64,000 nucleotides of DNA from the human T2T-CHM13v2.0 reference genome, Homo sapiens, in assembly GCF_009914755.1 (NCBI RefSeq), contig NC_060936.1, one strand, 5' to 3'. Shown piece by piece: positions 1 to 13,330 of this stretch. Every line of letters begins with the position of its first letter. Position 1 is the stretch's first letter. A program made the position numbers and the translations under genes. The notes under the pieces are model-generated. The model saw only the letters and a list, made by a program, of their open reading frames with translations. It ran no database searches and was not told where the DNA came from.

Positions 1-612
1 GAGCATTACCAACAATAACCAAGACGTGAAAACAACTTGTGTCCATCTATGGATGAATTGATGAAATATGCTACTGGTATACAAATGAATATTATTCAGC
101 ACTAAAAAGAAATGAAACCTTGCCAGTTGCTACCATGTAGATGGACATAGAGGACAATATGCTAATTAAAATAAGCCAGACAGAGAAAATAAAAATATAT
201 ATCACATGATCTCACTTATATGTGGAGTCTAGAAAAATAATTTAATTTAAATATGCAAAGATAGAGACGAAAGCAGTGGTTACCAGGGGTGGTAGGAGCA
301 GGGGGAGGAAATGAAAGATATGAAAGATGTAGGTCAGAGGATACTAAATAGTAGATATGTACAATAACGATTCTAGAAATTTAATGTACGACATGAGGAC
401 TATAGGTAATCAAATTGTACTGTATACTCACTTAGATTCTTGATAAGCGAGTAGATTTTAGGTGTTCTTGGCACAAAAACAAAATAATGAGTGACTATGT
501 AAGATGATGGATACATTAATTTTTTTCACTATAGTAGCCTTTTTACTATCTATATGTATTCCACAATATCATATTGTATAATTTAAATATATAAAATAAA
601 ATTTATTTTAAA
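1..612 (+). mobile_element. Old L1 (L1MA/L1MB-type) ORF2 end and 3' UTR, running off the window start
   Basis: Typical L1M 3' motifs (gtccatctatggatgaa, tattcagcactaaaaagaaatgaaa, catgatctcacttatatgtgga), ending in an A-rich tail near 590-610. Confidence 0.85.
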
Positions 613-2618
613 TGAAGCATATTTGAGAGTATAAACAGAAAAAATATCTGATTTAAATTACAAAAATAATTTGCACATTATTTTAAAAAATAATGCAACT
701 ATCGCATGAAGGGCATACATAGAAAACAGAATATAATTTAAAGCTAGATACAGCTTTAGGGTTTATTTATTCCTCTATATTTTGCAGTTAGATGCGTGAG
801 GCTATATAAAGTAGGGCATATTATATACAGGCTAATTCTAAGCAGATACCAAAAGTCAATCAGTTGCACAAAAGTTTACTGAAATCAGAATCTGTTTTAC
901 CATGGAATCTCTCTCAGATACCACTCATCATATTAGTTTCACAAAAGTTATATGTAGGAGTTCCCATGGATATTTCACAGGGAAATGTCATTTCATGAAA
1001 TGCGTATTCTTTACCATCAGCTAGAACTGTTATCCCTGGCTGTGCATCTGAGTTTTCTTTCTTTTTTAATCCAACTTCCTGAGTCCAATTTTAGAGGGCC
1101 CAATTTGCTAGGTCAAATTCAAGAGTATGGGTTTTTGAAAAAGTCTACAGGCAATTCTGATAAATGTTTTGTTTTAAAACAATTACCCTGTTGCTTTGGC
1201 GTTCCCTCCCAGATATCTGCGTAGTATCTTGCTTTGGTGATTTAGGCTGGACTTCTCTTGCAGTTTACACTTAAAGCCTGGATTAGCCTCAGGCCGAATA
1301 GTCTGCCACTCGCTTGTCTATTTCTTAAGCCAATGCCCTAGTCTTGACTTTCAGAATATTATTTAATACTCTAACTGTAGGAGAAGGATAATAATAAAGA
1401 ATACAAAAAACCCTGCCTTTAATGAGAAAAATAGAGTTTCAATAACTTTTTTTAAAAATATTTTTTAGTCTCAAAAAAGCTACTCTTTTCTAGTTTGCCT
1501 TCCTAGGACAGAGTGTCATCTTTGCACCCTGATAAATACATGAGTAACGAGTTGCCAAAGAGAACTGTCTCCAAGAAAGAAGAGTTCACATGAAAGATAA
1601 ATGATCTAAGAGAAAGCCAAGAGAAGATTGACTTTACCTCACTACAGTCCTCTTTATTATATCTGCTTATTTTCCATCCTACCATATTTCAACACTCTTC
1701 TATTGAGAAGTACATAGCAAATATTGATACTAATGATACAAGGTCTCAGAATTTAGGGTGACATTTTATTGGTCTTAATTTTGAGGTAGCTATGAAACCA
1801 CTCAGCAGATAGTATGATTTAGATGAAGGGGAAAAAAAGCAAGTAAAAAATATATTCTCTGTTGAAGCTGCAAAATAACTGACCAAAATTATAGTAAAAT
1901 GTTAGTCCTTGAAACTTTAAGAATTTACTAGTTTAGATGAGTATTTTCTATTTTCCCCAAATAATTGATCGAATATTTCTAAATTTTTTACAGTTAGACT
2001 TGTTCCATTCTTTCATCTGGTAATTATTTTAAGTGGACATTTTTTGAAGTAGTTGATCAATTAAAATAAAATATAAAAGCTGTAAGTCTACTCTGTGACA
2101 CTTTTAAATACCAGGGAGAAATTCCAACACCTGGGTTTGAAGAACATTTTAAGTTTTGAAACGACTGGTTTACTATGCATAAATGTAATGGTAAATTGAA
2201 TTCTATGAATCAGTGGGTCTATTGAGTTTTACCAGATAGTAGAAGCATTTATAATAAGAAGAAGTCTATTGTTGGAGCACTGTCAACATTAGTTGCCTGG
2301 GAAAAACCAGAAAATGGTCAATGATATGAAAGATTCATGAACTGTCAAAGAACATTCAAGAATAGATAGTTAGGAACGTTTCTTATAAATGCTATTGAAA
2401 AGTAAATTCGTGGGTATTTTTTGGCACCATTCAGAAATGTGCATTTTAACAAAATGTAAAAGTTGTCATAGATTTAAAATACTATGGATCACATCATTTC
2501 AAGATTATGGACTATAAAAATTCATCATTAAATAGGGCAAAATAACCTCAAAGCAGACTAACACAATAATAGACTGAATCTTGGATTTGAAGTCTTTAAA
2601 ATTTTTGCATAAATGTGC

Positions 2619-2640
2619 ATATATATATATATATATATAT
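2619..2640. repeat. (AT)n microsatellite
   Basis: Direct reading, about 11 AT units. Confidence 0.95.
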
Positions 2641-2872
2641 GAATGTAAGGACTTTAGACGTTGTTTTTCTGAGCCAAATATTGTTCCTTAGAATGCTATA
2701 GTCAATATTTCAATGTATGGGTGAAAAGATAGTTAACAGAGTGTACTGTTCTAGTTTTATGTTTTCAATGGATTTAATGTAACACATTCCAATTAGGTTT
2801 AGAAAACCAAAGTTATAGTATTCAAGGACATATTTGAGGTGATATTGTTTCAAAACTAACAAAAAATATTCC

Positions 2873-2909
2873 AGAGAGAGACAGAGACAGAGAGAGAGAG
2901 AGAGAGAGA
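2873..2909. repeat. (GA)n microsatellite, interrupted
   Basis: agagagagacagagacagagagagagagagagagaga. Confidence 0.9.
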
Positions 2910-3229
2910 GCGACATAGCACTGCTTGGCACTTTTTGGCTTGTATCTTGCTCTTCAACTGTTTCTTCTACTTGAAAAAATAATAATATGCCTTTTTATAT
3001 GACTTGGACTCTAACTATTTTCATACAAATACTGAAGAAAATAGTACCACGGAGAGGAAAAAAGGATTGAACACTGAATGGGCTAAAGACGTTTACACTG
3101 CTAATAAAACACAATGAACCCATTGGTAGGACTCAAGGAATATAATAGAAACAAAAACATAAGAGGCTAAACTTTTGCAAAATGTGCTAAGTTCCCCTTA
3201 ATCCACAACAAATAAACAAACAAACAAAC

Positions 3230-3680
3230 CCTAGTTTTGGGTCACTCCAAAGCATACCAGAGTCAAGGACATTGGGAGCAAGTTGTTTATTCAGAAGGTA
3301 ATTCCAGGAAGAACATGTGAGAGAGTGTGCGTTGGGGAGGAGTGGTGGTGTGGAAGGTGGAAGGGTCGAACGAAAGGGAAGGAAGGGGGAAAGCCATTAC
3401 AAAGTGCATGGATGTTCAGGTGAATGCCAGAAACCAGGTGACATATGCTTTAGATTAATCTCTTGGGATATTAACATGGGATTAACATCTCTTGGGAAGC
3501 TGGAACATTGGTTTAGGTTTGCGCTCAGATTCAGCAATACTGGTCCTTCAGGTACAGCTCTCCTGATGTCAGAGAATCCTTCAGATAGGGAAGCAGAGAG
3601 GCACCTGAGATGGGAGATTTCAGCATTTAAGTAGTCTACTGTAGCTTCTGGTGAACTCAGATGGGGGCCAAGGATAAGTG
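3230..3680 (-). mobile_element. Ancient ERVL/MaLR-class solo LTR (LTR16/MLT1-like), highly diverged
   Basis: The start ctagttttgggtcactccaaagcatacc...caagttgtttattcagaaggtaattccaggaag resembles the reverse-strand end of old ERVL-class LTRs. Family uncertain. Confidence 0.5.
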
Positions 3681-4469
3681 TAGGTGTTTATTTAACATTA
3701 AGAATCAGTGGATGAGTTGAGTTTTATGGATATTGATGGCATAGCATTCTCAGAAATCAAAACTGTAGAATAATTTTAAACATAAGCATTAGAAAATAGT
3801 TAGAGTTCTAGTGAAGACGAATAAAATGAGATCTGTTTAATTCCATTACAGATAAATTGAGCCTTGAATTGGCATTCATGTTGAGGCTCTATATGCAGGT
3901 CATATGAATGCATTTTGAATCTGATGATCATGCAGCACTTCTCTTTGTAAGAGATCTACACATTTAAAATTGATTATATGTAGCTAAAAGTATTTGCTTT
4001 TATCTATATGCAATATAATTAGTTTTGTATTACAGTTTAAGTATTTCCAGAAAAAATATAAATGGGAAATTATGCCTATCCACAATACCCCAGAAATCTT
4101 TTACATAGATTCAGGTGCTTAATACTTAATAAGTAAATAAATATTGAATACCTATAACTACTACATGCTAGACTCAGTTAACAATCTCTATTAACAGAGT
4201 AACAGGTATGTAAAATGGTTGTCAACAAACAAACACCAGCAAATTGAGATGTCTGGAGAAAGATCTATGGAAAACCAGAAGACAGAATCAATGAGACTTC
4301 AATGAAATGTCTGGGAAGGGGAGAAATTTGTACTTGATTTTGAAAGCTACATAGGATGTTTCCTAGGAGATAGCTAGAAAACTGTTTAAAGCAGTCACAA
4401 TGCTAGAAATTAATATGTATTACCTGATACACAATGAAAATTCCAGGAAGAATAATTAATTCAACATCA

Positions 4470-5230
4470 TACTATTTTTCTTTTTTTCTAGTTTTTTTGT
4501 GTCTAAATGAAGTTTTCCAGTTTTTGTCATATAGATCTCAGATAAATTTTGTTAAATTTATTCTTAGGTCACTCATATTTGGAACCTATTAAAATTGTTT
4601 TTTTCTTCCTAATAAGTAATAGCTGGCATGAAAGATAACTAATGATTTTAAAATAGATATTTATCATATATCCAGACATTGTAATAAAGTATTCTTTATT
4701 CTGGATATTCACCAGTTGATTATCTCAGATTTTCTAGGCAGTAAGTCATATCATTGAAAGCAGTGGTCATAAAGTCATCTTCAATTTTGAATTCGTTAAA
4801 AGCTTTTAAAAATCAAAATGGATGCTGAATTTTATCATTAGTTTTTTTTAGAGTCCTTAGAGATGATAATAAGTATTTGTTCTTCTTTAAATTATTAAAG
4901 CAAAAAAAGCATTAATGGATTTTATAATGTTGAACTGTCCTTGCATTCCTGGAATAAACTTTCACTTATCATGATGCATTATTTTAATATACTATTGGGA
5001 TTGACTAACAAATAATTTATTTAGAATAAATAAGTCTATATACATGGATTACTTTTTTGCAAGCTATCTTAATCAGCTTTTGGTAACAGAGTCATACCAG
5101 CTTATTAAAATCAATTAAGAAATTTATACCATTTTTTAATATCTACAAGTTTATATAGGATGATAATCTGTTCTTTGGAAGTTTCAAAAAGTATTCTCAT
5201 CTCTCTGAACCAGTGTTTCTTGCTATATAT
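4470..5230 (-). mobile_element. Ancient L1 (L1ME-like) ORF2 fragment
   Basis: Antisense L1 ORF2 motifs (ggatgctgaattttatca, ccttgcattcctggaataaact, ttggtaacagagtcataccagcttattaaaa). Confidence 0.7.
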
Positions 5231-5359
5231 TTTATAACATCATTTTCAAACTACTCTATTCTTTAAGAACATAATTGTATTCTTTCTTTTGCCATATGGG
5301 CTTTATTTTATTCACTTTTAACTATAATAATTTACCAAACTGCAATCCCTTTTCATTTA

Positions 5360-5485
5360 TGTACTTTCCCTATTTTTATCCTTACAGAATCATCATAAAA
5401 TAGGTATTAATATCCCTAGTTTTCATTTCTAGAAAATGCAACTTAATGAGCTTAAATTACTTGTTGAATGTCATAGCATCTTAAG
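5360..5485 (-). mobile_element. MIR fragment
   Basis: Diverged MIR core (aggtattaatatccctagtttt...gcttaaattacttgttgaatgtcatagc). Confidence 0.55.
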
Positions 5486-5749
5486 CTTCTGAGGACACAC
5501 TGTCCTGTGCATCTTCATGTCCTATATTCCCTTCATGACTCCAGGCAGACTGTAGACACCCAATAATTACTTGCAGAACTGAAGAGAGCCTGCTTCTGCC
5601 TGACTTGAAGCTCTCTCCATGAAAGTAATGAAGTACGGCTGTTTCTGTTTTGTATAATAATAATTTATATCAAGGTAAAACAAACCTAGTTATTATATTT
5701 GAGTACAAAAATTGCAAGAGCAAAGTATTTTATGCCTATATTTATTAGA

Positions 5750-6520
5750 TACTTTATTGAGGTATAATTCCCTTTCAATGTAAGGCACACGTTTTTAGTG
5801 TAGAGCTGGATTAGTTTTGACAAATGTGTTGCTTCATGTAATCACTATGTGAATCAAAATGCACAACATTTCCATCACACAAGAAAATTGTTACTGGCCA
5901 CTTTGCAATCAGTCTCCCCTCATCCTTGTCACTAGGCAACCGTTGAGATACTTTCTATCACTATGCATTAGCTTTAAGTGTTTCAGAATGTCATTTAAAG
6001 GAAATGATACAAAAATATATCTTTTTATATCTGGCTCCTTTCACTTGCAAGTTTTTTTTTCTTTTTTTCCCCCCATTTGCTCATTGATGGATATCTGGGT
6101 TGTTTCCAGTTTGGAAGTATTACAAATAATATCATAAATATTAATGCTCATGAACTTTTATATAGCCGACTTAATTTTTCTTGAGTAAATATTGAGGAGT
6201 AGGATTGCCTTGTGTCCTATCTTAGGAGTGGAGCATTCAATAGTTCACATTTAAGTATTATATTAGCTGTTTTTTTTTTTTGATGCCTGTTATCAGTTTG
6301 TGGAAGTCCCCTCTTCTTTCTAGTTTCCTGAGAGTTTTTATCATGCATAGATGCTGATTTTTTTAAAAGTATTTTTCTGTATCTACTAGGATGATAAAAT
6401 GATTTTATTTTTTATTCTGTTAATAATTTACATTAATGTTAGAATGCCAAACCAAGCTTCCATTCCTGGGTAAACTCCATTTTATCCTCAAGTATTTTCC
6501 TATTTAAATATTGCTCCACT
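5750..6520 (-). mobile_element. Ancient L1 (L1ME/L1MD-like) 3' and ORF2 fragments
   Basis: actttattgaggtataatt...ttttgacaaatgtg...aacatttccatcac; gatggatatctgggttgtttccagttt; ORF2 piece gaagtcccctcttctttctagtttcctgagagttttta. Confidence 0.7.
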
Positions 6521-8334
6521 TTTCTTTGGTTCTCTTTTCCAAAGATTTCAGTGAATTCAGCAATAACAAACTCTGATGTATACCTCCTCAGCTCAATAAT
6601 CAATTTTCCCTTGCTTGCTCTCTAGCTTTCTGTGCAATTATCAGGATATCGTCCCTATGACAAGATTCAGAGTGATTACCAACTAATCATTTTGAGTTTC
6701 ATTTTTCTTGAGGAATTCTTCTTCAATGTCTGCCAACAGTTGTCACATACAGGTCTATAGTTTGTATGGCAGAAAGACTAGTCTATCAGTAGTTAGCCTG
6801 TCATGGCAAGTAATGAAACCCATTTTAATTTAAGTTGTTCTGCTTAGAAGAAGAGAATCAGCAGAGTAAACTGCTACATCAACTTCAGGAATTACATTTG
6901 GTTAATATATGGTTAGGGAGAAAATACCCAGGGGAAGTTAGAAAAAGGAAAATACTTGTGATTTTTTTGAATATAAGTTAAATACTACACAGGAGCAATT
7001 TATGAATTTTAATTTCATCCTGAATTATCCATATTTTGTGACTTTATATATTATCAAAAACAGATTTCACAAAACTTGACATTCATGTAAAGTCTATCCA
7101 TGTTTCTATATTTTAAAATAATGATAGGAATTTTAGTGAATATGAAAAAGTTTTTATTTTTCTGCATCTGTGTTTCAGGAAATATATAAAAGATCTAATC
7201 CATGAAGAAGGAAAGAACAGCAAACTATTCATAATTGAGCCCTTGATTTCCACCTTAATCTTCTGGGTTATGAGGCTCTATATTTATACCACACTTGAAA
7301 AAAAGAAGGTGTATGAGTTGCTTTATTATTTCCCTGTAACAAAAAGTTCCCTTCTTGTCGGAAAACCCTTCTAATATTTTTTATTTCATATTGTTTTCTC
7401 CTCAAAAAGAGAAAAAAAGTACTTTTCTGAATATACTTACTGCATTTACACATCTAAATATATTCAAATATTCCTAAATTGATGAACTTAATGTTTCTTT
7501 TTATCTCATGAAACACATTTCTCTTTTCCCCACTGGTAGTGTATATAAAATGTACATGCATACACACAATGTACATGTGTACACACTTGCACACATACTC
7601 CATTTTATTATAGTATTTACAAACTAAACAGTTGTTTTAAAATTGTGATTCGACTCTATAGCTCTGTACCTGGAGATTATTTTGGATAGCCTTTGACTTT
7701 TTAACATTATTCATAAATCTTGTGTTAGACTTAGCTCTCTACCTAGTTTACTAAACTGGTACACCACAAGTCCTTATTAAAACTTTCATCTCTTCCAGTA
7801 CTTAATCATGACACATCTATCAATTTGTTGGTGTGTCTCATATAATATTTTATTTTTTTTCAGGTTGAACTTGTGGATGTCACACTTATGAAGATTTACA
7901 TGTTTTTAATTATTTTTTAATAGCCATTATGTATAAATTACTATTTGGCTGGAATTAAAATATAGGTTATAAATTTTTCACCTCTATAATTTTCTAATAA
8001 TAATGCAAGGAGTCTGATACCAATGGATTAATTTTTCCTTTATTACCTGGTATTCTTATTAGCAATAATCCTTGAATTTTTGATCCATGGATAGGTGTTT
8101 GCGAAGAAAATAATGATCCTTTTTAGGTGTTAGTGACTATACTATTTCAGAATATGAAAGCTTTGATAAACCACAGATTGGTTATTGACATCTTTACCAC
8201 AATATTCAGCCTTCAAATACATTGTTATATTTCTCCATTTGTCTAAAACTTCTTTTATTCTCTCAGTAATGTTTTATAGTATTTACTATATGGGTCTCTA
8301 CATTTTCTTCTAATTTGATCCCTATTTTATTTTA

Positions 8335-8665
8335 TATTTAAATAGCTTTATTAAGAAATAATTCACATTCCACACAATTCTCCCACTTAAGTATACAATC
8401 CTATGGGTTGACTTTTTACTTTCTTGATGGTGTTTTTTCAAGTGCAAAATTTTTAATTCCGATAAAGTGTCAAGTCCAAGACAACACTGCTTAAGTGAAG
8501 ATCATGGAGATATACACCTATGTTTCCTTCTGGTAGCTTTGTTACTTTAGTTCTTAAAATTGGGTCTTTGATCAATTTTGAGTCAATATTTTTATTGGAT
8601 ATGAGGTCATGGTTCACTCTATTCTTTTGTTTGAAGATATCCGGTTGCCTTAGCACCATTTATTT
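8335..8665 (-). mobile_element. Old L1 fragments (3' end joined to an ORF2 piece)
   Basis: agctttattaagaaataattcaca followed by ORF2 antisense gatcatggagatatacacctatgtttccttct...agcaccatttatt. Confidence 0.7.
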
Positions 8666-10009
8666 TAAAAAAATACTATGAACATTAGGAAAAATGCTAT
8701 TTTTTTACAGATAAAAATAGTCTATGGTTTTCACGATAGTGATAAAGGCAATTAATTTCTATAATGGAACAAGTGCTGTGCTAATTTCCAGGATAGATTG
8801 TGAATAAGATAGAAATGTCACTTTTTTCAAGGAGCTCATGGTCTATTCTAAGAAAATGGTGTTCTCTATTATAAATAGTTTATATATACTGAAAGTTACA
8901 AATTAAATGTTGGCAATGCAGTATGTGCATGTCATATATTCATTCCTAAACTCTTATCAGTTTTTGAGATGTAACTTTTGCATAAATTTTGTAAAGCTCT
9001 TATCATGTTTTTTGTTAGACAGAAAATTTAATATTTATTTTTATGATTCTGATTCCTTAACATTCCAAATGTTTCATGAGAGCAAATAAAGTCCCCCAAA
9101 GGTTTATGAGATTATTTTAGAACTGTGTAAAGCTTGTTTTTCTCTCTGGAGAAACAGAAAGTCATGTCTGTCCAAGAGTAAACAAACTCCAACAGGCAAT
9201 TTGAATTTGGTTCAAAATGAAGAATCCTCAAGATTGGGGTTGGTTCTAAACATAGAGAAACAGCATTTCTTCCTTCCTCATTATTATCCTGACTAGCCCC
9301 CTGCAGCTGCATGATTACCAATCACAATCAAATGCTTTGTTCATCTAATTTTTAAATGATCCAACTTCTAAAGGATTGTTATTTATTGGAAAAGAATAAA
9401 TTGCATTATTTCCTACTGCATATCAATCAAATTAACTCAATCACAGCTCTCTGTATGAAGACTAGATGGCACACAGAATAAAAAGGATTAAGAAAAATTG
9501 AATTGATACACCAGGTCAAAGAAAAAAAAGTGCCTCTCCAACTGAAAAGCAATGTAATGCTAAGTGGAACATGGAGGACTTGGAGAAGATTCAGAGGCCA
9601 GCCATTAAGAAAGCATCTGTCTGGAATGGCTTAGCTATCCAAATGCCAACAGCGTGGGTCTGGGCCAAAGTGCTTCAATGAAGTCTCTTGCAGCTCAGAT
9701 GGGCAATGATTCTCTAAGTCCATGTTGGAACATGAGATTGAGTGAAACTGCAATAACCAGAATCCCATTATAAGTTGATTTGAAATTGGCACCTATCCCC
9801 ACAGCAGGCTCACCATTGTCATTTGTTCAACCTTGCAATAACCCAACCTCACATTTTATGCATTTGATCTTTTGCACTCTACTAAACCAATGATGGAGGT
9901 GTTTTTACCATTCGGTAATATAAATACATGTGAAACTGTGACTTGTGGATAAACTTCCCAGAAACTGAGGTTACTCTTTCTCAAGAATATGAATATGAAG
10001 CATGCCTCA

Positions 10010-10836
10010 GTAAAAGGGAAAAGAAATATCTTTCTTTTCCTATTGCTAGGTTTATGGCTGAGTCCTCTATAACAAATAATAGATTAACAAGAGAAAGGTG
10101 TACACATTTATTTAATATAAGTTTTACATGACTTGGGAGCTTTCAGGAATGGAGACCCAAAGTACGAGGAAATCTGTGTATTTTTATGCTTATGTTTGAT
10201 GAAGAATGGATAGTCATGGGAAAGTATGGATACAGGGGATATGATCTAATGGTAATAAACTGGGGGAAACTTTGCAAGAACTGTTTGTTCAGATTTTCCT
10301 TGGCATCTCTGTGTCTTTGGCTCCTTTCCTCCTGTTACAGGGAGGGGACCTCTCACATGAGGATCATATGACCCTCATCAGGGGAAGGGCAGAAATTCTT
10401 CCTAGGTTTTATAATCTGCTTTATTTATTTTTAAATTTCTGGGACACAGAATCTCACTATGTCACCCAGGCTGAAGTACAGTTGCACAATCATAGCTCAC
10501 TGCAGCCTTGAACTCCCGGGCTCAAGCAATTCTCCCACCTCAGCCTCCAAAGTAACTGGGGTTACAGACATATGCCACTGTGCCCAGCTAATTAAAAACA
10601 ATTTTTTTTTTGAGAGAAGGGTCCTCACTACGTTATCTACACTGATCTCGACCTACTAAGCTCAAGCAATCCTCCCCAGCTGGCCTCCCAAAGTGCTGGG
10701 ATTACAGGCATTAGCCACTCCACTCAGCCATGAGCTGCTTGAGAAGACAACGCAGGGGGAAGGTGAGAGAGACCTTTCAGCTTCTGCTGTGTTCTCAAAT
10801 GGCAGGATGCTATCCTCAGTAACAACAGCTAATCTA
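10010..10836 (-). mobile_element. ERV1-class solo LTR (MER67/MER31-like) split by an Alu
   Basis: ctaggtttatggctgagtcctctataacaaa...agattaacaagagaaagg...gagacccaaag; the LTR resumes after the Alu (gagagacctttcagcttctgct). Family name uncertain. Confidence 0.6.
10420..10728 (-). mobile_element. AluJ
   Basis: Full dimer in antisense with J-type features (atcatagctcactgcagccttgaactcc, ctcaagcaatcctcc). Diverged TSD-like flanks ataatctgctt / atgagctgctt. Confidence 0.92.
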
Positions 10837-11289
10837 TATGCACTCTGAGACAACAGAGTGCTGAGCTACATAACACTCTTTCCCAGGCACTCTTTATGCT
10901 GGTTAGTGAAACTACCAACTCCAAATCCTCAACCAGAAACATCATCTTTGCTTCCCAAATTAATGACTAAGTTGTAATGATTTGATCTCCAGTGTTTCTC
11001 ACAAGAGGAACTCTCTCTTGTCACTCTTATTTCGATAACACAGGCCAGGTTCTTACATAATTTCATTTGTACTGGTGCAGTTGACTCTTGGTGCAGTTGA
11101 CTCTTAAAGAAATAAGGAAACCTCAAACACATAACAAGGAATACTAGGAATAAAATAATGCACATCTAGTAAACACTACCTAGCTTAAGAACTAAAATAA
11201 TACTCATGTATTTGAAGTACAAAATGCAATACTACTCCAAGGTTCCAGCCCCTTCCTGCTTCAAGCCCTGAAGGGGTATTTTCTTTCTT

Positions 11290-11352
<63 letters not shown>

Positions 11353-11368
11353 GTCTATCATCTATCTA
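11290..11368. repeat. (TCTA)15 TCTG TCTA TCA (TCTA)2 tetranucleotide STR
   Basis: Direct reading. Confidence 0.97.
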
Positions 11369-11479
11369 CCACAAGAGAGATAACAGTGTTTCAGAAAGAG
11401 AGGGTAGCAAGAGAAAGACAATATTTTCAAGACAGTATTTATCTGTGTGTGTATGCTTGTATACATATATCACATACAC

Positions 11480-13330
11480 ACACATACTTGCTATTTTACT
11501 CTGTGTTTTCTTCTGCAACCTGATTATCACTTAAGATGTTTTCGTGTTGTCTATGTTGATTTGTAAAGTTTTAGTTTTCTTCACAGCTCATTGTATTAGA
11601 TAGTGTAATTATATCATAGTTTATCTATTATTTTGTTGATGGATAGTTAGGTTGTTTCTAGTGTTTCTTACTATAAATAAGGCTGCTATGAATGTTGTTT
11701 GACATGTATTCTTGGATTATAAACAAGATTTCTTTCTTTGGATTATGAACCTAGGAGTAGACTTGGTGGAAAAAATGATGTCATATCTCTAGCCAATAGA
11801 TATGTTGGTGACATTTTACAACTCTTTCTCAAGGAGCTGTAATTTTTGACACCTCTACTAGCTGTGTATGCATCCCTTCTGCTCTGTACCCTCTGCAGTA
11901 TTAGGTATTGCTGACATCTTAATTTTTACAAAATGTTGAAGCATTGAATTTTTCATCACCCTGGTTTTAATTTGCATTTTCTTAGTTGCAAGTGTAATAA
12001 AGTATCTTTAAAAGTTTTGACCACTAAGTTTCCTTTTGTGACTCACTTTTTTATAATATTTGCTATTTTCTGTTGGGTCATTTTTCTTTTACATACGGAT
12101 TTGTGGTATGACTTATATATTTGAAATATCAATTCTCTTCTGTTAACTTTCTTGCACATGTCTCATTTTTGCCTTTGGTTAGTCATTTTACTTTTTAAAT
12201 GGGATCACATTATAACCAGAAACATTCCATTTCACTGTGATGAAAGTAATCTGCTCTTGTATAATTTATGTGCTTTTGTAAAAAAGTGTTTTTTATTATT
12301 TTCTAATCTGGGGAAAACATTTTCTTCTAATGTTTTAAAATATTGCTTTTCATATATTGAAAAATAATCTGCCAGAATTGGTTTTTTTATATGATGTGAA
12401 GTGGAAAACATTTTGTGTGTGTTATGGTTTTACTTTTGTTTTTACCAAAGTAAAACTTTATGTTTTTACTATATTGTTTTTACTATATGAAAAACTATCA
12501 TTAAAGAGTCTGTCCTGTTTCCACTCTTCTAAAATGGCCTGTCTGCTATAAATCAAGTTTTGTATGCATGTAAGGTTATCTCTGACTTCTCTTTTTTATT
12601 CCATTAATTTATATGATATCTCTGTGAAATACAGCATTGCTTAATAAACACAGCACCATAATCATCTTGATTTTCAATTCTCTAAATCCCTGCGTCTTAT
12701 TCTACTTTCTCCTTTTCCTCTTCAGGAATGTCTTTAATTCTTGGGAATACTTATTTCTCTATGCCTTTTTGAATCCCTCTTTTTTCCAAGTTCCTTGAAA
12801 AATCTTTGACTTTTACTAGGAATTTTAGGAATTTGCCTGTCAATAAGGAGACAATTGTCATGCTTGTGATATTTAATCATCTTGAAAAATAACCAGTTTT
12901 TTTATTTATTTCTTTCTTTTTTAATATCAGGAAGATTACATTCTTAAAATTTTATTTTAGAGTTGCCGGTTGCTGAAATATAAAAATACATTTTAAAATA
13001 CAGTTACTGAAATAGAAAAATACAGTTGAAATATAAAAACACAGTTCATTAACCTTCCTGAACTGTTATTAATTTTAATAATTTGGATTTAGATTCATTT
13101 AAGTTTTCTGAATAAACATTTTTGTCTAAGAACAATTATAACTGTGTTGCTACTTTAAAATTATTTTTAATATTCCTTAATTTAATCCCTTAACTTTATT
13201 TTTTCTTACCTTATTTTGATAGGTAGTAGGTCCACTATCTTGTTTCATACAAGGGATGATAGTGACTGAATTTGCTGATTATAAGGGGTATACCTCTAAG
13301 TTTTAACATTAAGTATGGAAGTTTGTGGTA
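11480..13330 (-). mobile_element. Ancient L1ME-like remnants
   Basis: gatggatagttaggttgtttctagt...aataaggctgctatgaat; ggttttaatttgcattttct; diverged ORF2 pieces extending to about 13.3 kb. Confidence 0.6.

Noticed and set aside
1083-1170. Possible MER5-type DNA transposon fragment
   Set aside because: Only a short motif (gtttttgaaaaagtctacaggcaattctgat) resembles it, too weak to call.
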